64,000 nt of DNA from a virus (Duplodnaviria; Heunggongvirae; Uroviricota; Caudoviricetes), in the IMG/VR virus record IMGVR_UViG_3300045049_000270. One strand, written 5' to 3'. Both the position numbers and the translations under genes were made by a program. The notes beneath the pieces are model-generated. The model ran no database searches. It saw only the letters and a program-made list of their open reading frames with translations, and had not been told where the DNA came from. Below are positions 57,261-64,000 of the stretch, one piece after another (position 1 is the first letter of the stretch; every line of letters begins with the position of its first letter).

Positions 57261-58502
57261 ATGTCTGAAGTCGACCAAAATCTACATTGCTCCTTTTGCA
57301 CAAAAGGAGCCCAAGAAGTAAAGAAGCTTATCGCTGGCCCCAACGTACATATTTGCGATGAATGCGTAGATCTATGCTACGGTATTTTAAATGTAAGTAG
57401 TGACGGTAAGGCAGTTAGCAATGCGGCAGATTTGGGCGACATTCCAAGTCCGTCCAAGATCAAGAACTTTCTTGATCAATATGTCATAGGACAGGACTAT
57501 GCGAAGATGGTAATCGCAGTAGCGGTGCATAATCACTACATGCGTCTTGCTAACCCAGTCGTAGACGAAGTGGAAATTGACAAAAGTAATATCATGATCC
57601 TGGGCCCATCTGGCTCAGGCAAAACATTGATAGCTCAATCAATTGCTCGTTGTTTGAGTGTTCCATTTGCTATCGCTGATGCAACTGGTCTCACCGAGGC
57701 TGGTTACGTTGGTGATGATGTCGAAAGCATTGTTTCACGTCTTCTGCAGAATGCAGGTGGCGATGTTGAAAAAGCTCAACGTGGTATTATCTACCTTGAT
57801 GAGATTGATAAAAAGAGTAAGAAGGATTCTGCTTCTGGTTCACGTGATGTTTCCGGCGAAGGTGTTCAGCAAGCATTGCTGAAGATCATCGAAGGATCTG
57901 ACATCATGGTTTCACCACAAGGCAAGAAGGGACCAAATGCCGAAATGGTCAAAATCAGCACAAAGAACATCCTGTTTATCGTGGGTGGTGCTTTCGTTGG
58001 TGTTGACAAGGTGGTTGAAAAGGCATTGAACAAAAATAAAGGTCTTGGCTTCGGTGCAAACCTTACAATATCAGCAGACCAAAACGAACTGCTTCGAAAA
58101 GTTGAACCGTCCCATTTGATGAATTTTGGTATTATCCCAGAACTGATCGGTCGTTTGCCAATTATTGCTCCGTTACAAGAATTAAGTAATGAACAATTGG
58201 TAAAAGTATTGACAGAACCAAAGAATGCCATTATAAAACAATTTACAAAGATGTTTGAACTTGAGGGTGCGGATTTGGAATTCACACCTGAAGCACTTAA
58301 TGCAATTGCAGACCTTGCAACAAAACGCAAAACTGGTGCCCGTGGTTTACGTGGTATCATCGAGCGTTCGTTGATGGATACGCAATTCAAACTTCCAGAT
58401 ATGATCGCAGCTGGTGCAACAAAGGTTGTGATCACAGAAGAAACGATCCGTGAAGGTAAAGAACCGCAAGTACTTTACGGTGGAAACTCAACTGCGGTTT
58501 AA
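57261..58502 (+). CDS. clpX: ATP-dependent Clp protease ATPase subunit ClpX
   Basis: CSFC...IC.EC zinc domain, GPSGSGKT, YLDEIDK, RDVSGEGVQQ, LGF loop, GARGLR. Confidence 0.95.
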   Translation: MSEVDQNLHCSFCTKGAQEVKKLIAGPNVHICDECVDLCYGILNVSSDGKAVSNAADLGDIPSPSKIKNFLDQYVIGQDYAKMVIAVAVHNHYMRLANPVVDEVEIDKSNIMILGPSGSGKTLIAQSIARCLSVPFAIADATGLTEAGYVGDDVESIVSRLLQNAGGDVEKAQRGIIYLDEIDKKSKKDSASGSRDVSGEGVQQALLKIIEGSDIMVSPQGKKGPNAEMVKISTKNILFIVGGAFVGVDKVVEKALNKNKGLGFGANLTISADQNELLRKVEPSHLMNFGIIPELIGRLPIIAPLQELSNEQLVKVLTEPKNAIIKQFTKMFELEGADLEFTPEALNAIADLATKRKTGARGLRGIIERSLMDTQFKLPDMIAAGATKVVITEETIREGKEPQVLYGGNSTAV

Positions 58503-58514
58503 CACGGAGAATTT

Positions 58515-59042
58515 GTGACATCTAAAATTGAAATCAACGAACGCATTACTAGTCCCCGCGTTCGTTTGATTGACGCCAATGGCGTTCAGAAGGGTGTTGT
58601 CAGTATTCGAGACGCTCTATGGCAGGCGCGTCAGGAAAACTTGGATCTGGTTAAGATTGCTGATGCAAATCCACCAGTTTGCAAGATAGTTGATGCTGGC
58701 AAGTATGTATATGAGCAAAACAAGGCTAAGAAGGAATTGGCCAAGAAGCAGCGAGCAGCCGCTTCTGAGCTCAAGGAAATTCAGTTGCGACCTGCTACTG
58801 ATACCAACGACATCAAAATCAAGGCACGTAAAGCACGTGAATTCTTGGCTGATGGTGATAAGGTGAAAGTTGTCATGCGTTTCCGTGGGCGTGAAATCAC
58901 GCACAAGGAAGTTGGTCTTGCAGTTATCGATACATTCATCAAAGAACTCGGTGAAGTTCGTATGGAACAACCAGTAACTGAGCAAGGTAATCAAATCACA
59001 GCATTGATTGCTCCTGTGAAAAAAGAAGCAAAAGCGGCATAA
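58515..59042 (+). CDS. infC: translation initiation factor IF-3
   Basis: INE.I...VRLI, LDLV, PPVCKI.D.GK, KEI..RP, GDKVK...RFRGRE; GTG start. Confidence 0.95.
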   Translation: MTSKIEINERITSPRVRLIDANGVQKGVVSIRDALWQARQENLDLVKIADANPPVCKIVDAGKYVYEQNKAKKELAKKQRAAASELKEIQLRPATDTNDIKIKARKAREFLADGDKVKVVMRFRGREITHKEVGLAVIDTFIKELGEVRMEQPVTEQGNQITALIAPVKKEAKAA

Positions 59043-59193
59043 TTAGCTGATTTGTTGCTTTACATAGCGCCTGGGTGCAACTTATCTTTATGATAGGTTG
59101 TCCCAGGCGTTGCTCATTATTCATCAGTCTTAGCTTGACAGCAAATTCATATGAACATACCATATGAGTATGGTAAATGAATAGGAGAGCAAG

Positions 59194-59577
59194 ATGAGTG
59201 TGCCGCTTACTCGCGAAGCTTTCGAAGCGTTGTTGCTCGAAGATTCTCCGCGCGGTATGAAGGCAGTTGGACGTGCGCTAGTTGCGCTTGCACGCCGACA
59301 AACGATTGATGAACGAACGCTCCTGCAAACCAAATATAAGAACCGAATTGGATTTTCAGCTTTCGATGCACGTGTAGGTACTGGTAACGCTGAATTTTTT
59401 CTGCATCACGGATTCCTTACGTCAGCGCAGCTTTCATACTGGCGCAAACCTGATAACAAGGGAAATGTAAGAATTTGTAAATACGCTGAGCAACTACTTG
59501 ATATCGCTCGTGAGAAACAGGGGCGGATCGAAGAAAAACGCAAAGCGAAAGCGGCACAGTTGAGCTTACCACTATAA
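59194..59577 (+). CDS. hypothetical protein
   Basis: TTGACA promoter, AGGAG RBS; RQT.DE...N.IGF. Confidence 0.75.
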   Translation: MSVPLTREAFEALLLEDSPRGMKAVGRALVALARRQTIDERTLLQTKYKNRIGFSAFDARVGTGNAEFFLHHGFLTSAQLSYWRKPDNKGNVRICKYAEQLLDIAREKQGRIEEKRKAKAAQLSLPL

Positions 59578-59742
59578 GAACCTGAGGGATGTATGAACGA
59601 GTATTTGAATGAGGAAATTGAGGACGAAGTCTTAGGCGATGCAGTATTGCTAGGCAGAGTTGATTTGAATGCAATGATGCTTGGTGTAGAAGAATCGAAT
59701 AATAGTACAGAAGCAACCAAGGATTATTAAACGGGAGATCAA

Positions 59743-60144
59743 ATGAGCGGACGACATCACTTACCAATCGCAGGAGCAGCAGGTGGAGGACTTCTTGGCC
59801 TAGCGTTGTATGGTGCATGTCGAGCCATCGGAGGTTTGTTTGGTAGTTCAAATCACAAAAGCAAACGACAAAAGCAAGAGGTCGCTGCCCCGATTCAATA
59901 CGTTGATCAGCAACAATCGATTGATGTAGTAGTGACCCGCGTTTATGATCATCCACTTGATGATCCGCACCACCCCTTCCATCCGGAAAACCAAGTCATT
60001 TTACGTCAACAACACGAAGCAGCAAGGCGTGATTACGAACGACGTACTGCATTCATGAGAACTCCTGAGCATCAAGCAGAAATGGGCGAACTAATCAGTA
60101 ACTTTGATCGTCTGGTAAACAAGCGACTAAATCGACGAAAATAA
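59743..60144 (+). CDS. hypothetical protein
   Basis: GGAG RBS; hydrophobic N-terminus. Confidence 0.65.
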   Translation: MSGRHHLPIAGAAGGGLLGLALYGACRAIGGLFGSSNHKSKRQKQEVAAPIQYVDQQQSIDVVVTRVYDHPLDDPHHPFHPENQVILRQQHEAARRDYERRTAFMRTPEHQAEMGELISNFDRLVNKRLNRRK

Positions 60145-60162
60145 CCCTAACGGAGGTTACAC

Positions 60163-60489
60163 GTGTCGAGCGATGAATACTTTGGGGACTTAGAAGCGCA
60201 AAAAGCCGCTGATCGTGAAGTAGTTGAAAAGATAAAGAAAGCAGCAGAAGAATGGCGTGCAAGATGGCCCAATCACTGCAAAGCATGCCACGGTTGGGGC
60301 GGTAAAATATTCACTCAAAGCCATTCTTATGGAATGGGGTCAGCATCAGAGCAGATATTTGAACCCTGCGACGCAACCGAAAAACTTGAAACATGTCACC
60401 GATGCGGGGAACTAGGATTGAGCGAAGAAGCTGAAGGTCCTTGCAAATTTTGTGAATGGAACTACAATGATGGGGAGCCACAGTTGTAG
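60163..60489 (+). CDS. zinc-finger hypothetical protein
   Basis: GGAGG RBS, three CxxC pairs. Confidence 0.7.
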   Translation: MSSDEYFGDLEAQKAADREVVEKIKKAAEEWRARWPNHCKACHGWGGKIFTQSHSYGMGSASEQIFEPCDATEKLETCHRCGELGLSEEAEGPCKFCEWNYNDGEPQL

Positions 60490-60545
60490 GTAACAGCAGG
60501 GTCTCCTCTCACGCCCCTATTGTTATGGGGCGTCTTTTTGAGTGA

Positions 60546-60878
60546 TTAAAACAACAACGCAAATTCCACTGCAACTATATCATCTTTTATGAATGCTGAT
60601 CCAGAGAATTCATAATCCCTACTAGTAAAATCTTTAGATTGTGCAAGATAAACAACCGCAAAATTAGTCGTTCGACTGACTTCCCATTCCATCACGTTAT
60701 CGTCAATATCAATATTTTGAGGCATGAATTCTCGGTATTCGGCCAAAGCTTCAAAATTAAAACTCCGAATCAGAGGCGAGTTTTCTTGAAAATAGTCGAG
60801 CAACCACTGAGAAGCGTCACGCGACCAGTTTAAACCTTCTGTTCTGGTTTTAAATTTTCTATAAATGGTACCCATCAC
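60546..60878 (-). CDS. array C small protein
   Basis: WLLDYF...VAVEFALLF. Confidence 0.72.
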   Translation of the reverse strand: MMGTIYRKFKTRTEGLNWSRDASQWLLDYFQENSPLIRSFNFEALAEYREFMPQNIDIDDNVMEWEVSRTTNFAVVYLAQSKDFTSRDYEFSGSAFIKDDIVAVEFALLF

Positions 60879-60882
60879 ATCC

Positions 60883-61221
60883 TCAAATGCTCAATAATAA
60901 TTCAATAGCCGACAAATCATCTTCAAGAATTACGATGACCGAATTTCGTCGTATCGTAGAATAGTAAAGACCATCTACGACTGGTATGAAATACAAAAGA
61001 AACAATACCGTCCATGCTTTAGTCTTATGAACAGACCAATTGATAAGCGTGTATTCTGGAATTTTCTCGGTTATCAAACTAGAATATTCCTTTATGGTGC
61101 TAGGCGTATAATCATCAGTGATATCTAGCTTACCATAACGATTTCGTAACCAGTCTCGAACGGCTGGAAACCAAGCGTTTACTTCGCCTTCATGCATGAA
61201 TTGTCGATGAATTACAGTCAT
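60883..61221 (-). CDS. array C small protein
   Basis: WLRNRY...SAIELLL. Confidence 0.72.
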   Translation of the reverse strand: MTVIHRQFMHEGEVNAWFPAVRDWLRNRYGKLDITDDYTPSTIKEYSSLITEKIPEYTLINWSVHKTKAWTVLFLLYFIPVVDGLYYSTIRRNSVIVILEDDLSAIELLLSI

Positions 61222-61529
61222 GATAGTTCTAATTTCATCTGAATAGCAGTTAATTCACTATCAACTTCAATAATCATTACTCGATAGATGCTCTCATTTT
61301 CTTTAAGAACACACTGACCCAAGCTGAATTTTGGTGATATTCCGATATATGAAAATATACCAACTTCACCCAAGCTTTCAACCAAATATGTTTTATATCG
61401 TTCTGGTATTTCAATACTCCATGAAATGTCATCTGTTTGGTAAAACCCAGATAACCAGTCAAAAGCTTTATTGAATGCAGCTCGAGCCCCAGATTGAGGT
61501 GATAATACCTGATGAAAAATATAGCTCAT
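61218..61529 (-). CDS. array C small protein
   Basis: WLSGFY...TAIQMKL. Confidence 0.72.
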   Translation of the reverse strand: MSYIFHQVLSPQSGARAAFNKAFDWLSGFYQTDDISWSIEIPERYKTYLVESLGEVGIFSYIGISPKFSLGQCVLKENESIYRVMIIEVDSELTAIQMKLELS

Positions 61530-61906
61530 ACCAATTCCAATAACATTTGGACAGCAACAGCATCACTTTCAACTAGAACAGTCATAATCGAATAAAAGTC
61601 ATATGTTTTATTCGATTTGAGACATTCAATTATGATTGCCCAATCAGTTGTTTGATGTAAGCAGATTCTATCGCAGAAGAAAAATTCCGGATATAGACTG
61701 GTCGTATCCATATACGCTTCAAATGGTTTCAAATCTAATTCAGAAGCATAATAGTTTGTATGAATTCGTCCACTACCTTGGCTCCTCCAAAAATCCAATT
61801 CCTCATCATGATCAATTCGACCATAATATTGCTCTAACCACTCAGCCATAGCATAGAATTCAGATTCTAGATCTGAAGAAGACTTCCTAATAACACTATA
61901 ACTCAT
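61526..61906 (-). CDS. array C small protein
   Basis: WLEQYY...VAVQMLL. Confidence 0.72.
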   Translation of the reverse strand: MSYSVIRKSSSDLESEFYAMAEWLEQYYGRIDHDEELDFWRSQGSGRIHTNYYASELDLKPFEAYMDTTSLYPEFFFCDRICLHQTTDWAIIIECLKSNKTYDFYSIMTVLVESDAVAVQMLLELV

Positions 61907-62265
61907 ATCGATAACAACATCTCAATGGCTAATAATTCACTCTCGACATACAAAAAATAATCAATAAAACGATCATTTGTGATACAATTCCAATAACTAA
62001 CTGCTATACAATACCACCGACCATTCGAATCACCCTGATACGAACGGCAAATTATATCATAACCAGGATATTCTTGAAATTCAAAACTGATACCAAATCC
62101 CTCAAGAATGGCATGTATCTTCATTCTGTCTGAAGCCGTCTTAATATCAAGATGAGAACAATCATAATGAGATAGCAACCACCTTTTTGCCCTAGTATAC
62201 CAATTCACATGATCGAAATCTAGATTTGGAACATAGGTTCGCTTCACTAAAAATAAATCATTCAC
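61903..62265 (-). CDS. array C small protein
   Basis: WLLSHY...LAIEMLL. Confidence 0.72.
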   Translation of the reverse strand: MNDLFLVKRTYVPNLDFDHVNWYTRAKRWLLSHYDCSHLDIKTASDRMKIHAILEGFGISFEFQEYPGYDIICRSYQGDSNGRWYCIAVSYWNCITNDRFIDYFLYVESELLAIEMLLSI

Positions 62266-62588
62266 TCTAATTCCAATTTCATCTGAACTGCCATCAATTC
62301 ATCCTCAACTGTGGCAAGCACAACTTCACGAAACTCCATACGAAGCCCCATAAACTGAAATGTGAGCAACACTACACTAAACTCAGGAAATAACACCGAT
62401 TCAGTATTGGTCAATCGCCATGTCGGCATATAACGAAAATACTTCTGAAACACATCCTCACGATCATACATCACAGTAGCATTTGTTGTGATACCATAAT
62501 ATCCCTTCAACCAATCAAGTATCCGAGAACCTAATACCACACCACTACCCATAGAATACGGTGGCATCTCAATAACATAGTCATACAT
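62262..62588 (-). CDS. array C small protein
   Basis: WLKGYY...MAVQMKL. Confidence 0.72.
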   Translation of the reverse strand: MYDYVIEMPPYSMGSGVVLGSRILDWLKGYYGITTNATVMYDREDVFQKYFRYMPTWRLTNTESVLFPEFSVVLLTFQFMGLRMEFREVVLATVEDELMAVQMKLELE

Positions 62589-62676
62589 GGCAATCACCCA
62601 CAGAATCCCTCTATGAGAGAAGTCTAACACCATATGCCAAATCACTCATGACAAAACACCAATTATCACCACGAAT

Positions 62677-63374
62677 AATTCATGGAGGTTATTAAGTCTA
62701 CCTAATGACTACACTCGATCAATAGCCAACGACTACCAAACCCAGGTAGAACTCTAAAAACATGAATCACACCGACAATGCCAATTGAACACCCAAGAGA
62801 TCGTTTTCAACTATCGTTGTCACAATCATCGAACGAGTTTTGCGGGATTGCGAGAACTCGAAGCTCAAGTCATCAACTACCTGAATGATAACTACCCAAT
62901 CATCATTGTTATGAATGATAGTACGAATTAATTGTTTACCACCAAACAACGAATCATCCAAATATTCACGATATGGTATCGTTTCACCCAAAGTAGCAGC
63001 ATAATTACTCTCAAAACGTGTATTCACCCCAAAAGCAGATTCATCATTGATGGGATGGCTATAATATCCCTCCAACCACTTAATCACACTTCCAATATAA
63101 TCATCAACTTGTGCATCAATATTGTTGGCAAATACACGTCTAACTACACCCTTCATTATGGTACCTCATAACAATAAATTACCATCATTCTAACAGATTC
63201 CTCTATCATAACCATCATGAGGATGGCTTCCACTAACTGCATTCTTTACGAGGAATTCATGAGGTTGGTATCGTTGGCTACGCCTTCATGGACGATGTCA
63301 AACCCAGGCAGAAGTCAAAGAATTCATGGAGGTTACCAATCAACCCCTAGATGATTACGAAACCCAGAGAACTC
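62677..63374. repeat. three imperfect non-coding repeat units plus an inverted repeat
   Basis: AATTCATG(G)AGGTT...AAACCCAG..AGAA(C/G)TC at 62677, 63254 and 63321. Confidence 0.65.
62767..63156 (-). CDS. array C small protein
   Basis: GAGG RBS; WLEGYY...LGVQLAL. Confidence 0.75.
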   Translation of the reverse strand: MKGVVRRVFANNIDAQVDDYIGSVIKWLEGYYSHPINDESAFGVNTRFESNYAATLGETIPYREYLDDSLFGGKQLIRTIIHNNDDWVVIIQVVDDLSFEFSQSRKTRSMIVTTIVENDLLGVQLALSV

Positions 63375-63439
63375 AGTATATTTGTCTACACGAAACCAGC
63401 TTAAATAGTGGACTGAGCATTACTCAGAGGGAGAGATAA

Positions 63440-63793
63440 ATGGTAGCAGGACCACAATTGGACAGTTTGGTGGCTCGTAATGTGTTCGGATACGCAGTCA
63501 TCATTGATACTCATACTGGAGAGCAATACATCATGGGGAAGGACCATGAGAAGATCGATGTACCAAAGTACAGCTCAGATGTTGAGATCGCTTATCAAGT
63601 AACCGAGCAACTTCATAAGATGGGCTGGCACCTCAATGCCAGCAGCGTCAACCAGAACGGGATAAATGGCTTTCTGGCACTATTCTTGAAACAGGATGGG
63701 CGTGGGTATCTTCCAAGCTTCGCAGAGGATTTGGCAGTCGCCATTTGTATGGCAGGGGTAGCGGCTTGTACAGGTCAGAACATCGCCCGTTAA
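63440..63793 (+). CDS. phage ABA-sandwich-like domain protein
   Basis: G..LD..VA..VFG, P.YS.D...A..V, AIC.A motifs; TAAATA at ~63402. Confidence 0.7.
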   Translation: MVAGPQLDSLVARNVFGYAVIIDTHTGEQYIMGKDHEKIDVPKYSSDVEIAYQVTEQLHKMGWHLNASSVNQNGINGFLALFLKQDGRGYLPSFAEDLAVAICMAGVAACTGQNIAR

Positions 63794-63802
63794 TCAGATA
63801 CA

Positions 63803-63833
63803 GAATGAGCGATGGCTAAACCATCGCTCATTT
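63803..63833. terminator. bidirectional terminator
   Basis: AATGAGCGATGG-ctaaa-CCATCGCTCATT. Confidence 0.75.
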
Positions 63834-63834
63834 C

Positions 63835-63999
63835 TTATTTCTGGCTGTCTTTGTCATCCCCACAACATAGACGCTCAATTATGAGATAATTCTCATACGC
63901 TTCTTTCAAAGCCGGGTAGAGTTCATGTTTCTCTAGAGAAACATCCAGAATACACATACGGCGTTTCATTGTTTCTACAAAGTCAAGCAAAGAATCGAT
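63835..63999 (-). CDS. hypothetical protein, C-terminal part (runs off window)
   Basis: open frame ...YPALKEAYENY..IERL to TAA. Confidence 0.6.
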   Translation of the reverse strand: MDSLLDFVETMKRRMCILDVSLEKHELYPALKEAYENYLIIERLCCGDDKDSQK

Positions 64000-64000
64000 T

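Larger units (their letters stand above)
60546..63156 (-). repeat. tandem array C of 7 paralogous genes (WL..YY ... A.(Q/E)..L subfamily)
   Basis: shared motifs and ATGA overlaps. Confidence 0.8.

Noticed and set aside
62677-63374. Mini-CRISPR array
   Set aside because: Units are imperfect, bipartite and irregularly spaced; kept only as an unexplained repeat.

Overview
A 64-kb segment of a large lytic dsDNA (jumbo, T4-superfamily-like) phage genome, probably infecting a proteobacterium. Phage evidence: dense short ORFs, TAAATA late-promoter motifs before structural-type genes, sigma70-like early promoters, T4-type two-subunit topoisomerase II, nrdA/nrdB, PAAR and homing endonucleases. Recognisable genes include nrdA, nrdB, an Acb1/57B-like 2H phosphoesterase, an exonuclease, Pth2, a Nudix hydrolase, an RNA ligase, a split nucleotidyltransferase, guaC, queD, YccA/BI-1, Smr, ClpX and IF3. 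Most striking: (1) a tRNA with a UCA (opal-reading) anticodon together with a peptidyl-tRNA hydrolase gene whose only well-placed start lies upstream of an in-frame AGG-TGA; (2) a circularly permuted two-piece tmRNA whose ~205-nt intervening segment is itself a compact structured RNA; (3) about 50 divergent paralogues of one small protein family (W..EN.G ... A..FKL.W) in three tandem arrays, several junctions reusing the conserved Trp codon as the next start codon; (4) two homing-endonuclease insertions tolerated without introns (a split gene and a replaced 5' end); (5) a preQ1-I-like pseudoknot before queD and palindromes centred on the -10 box of many early promoters. All calls come from reading the sequence and recalled family motifs; no database search was run.
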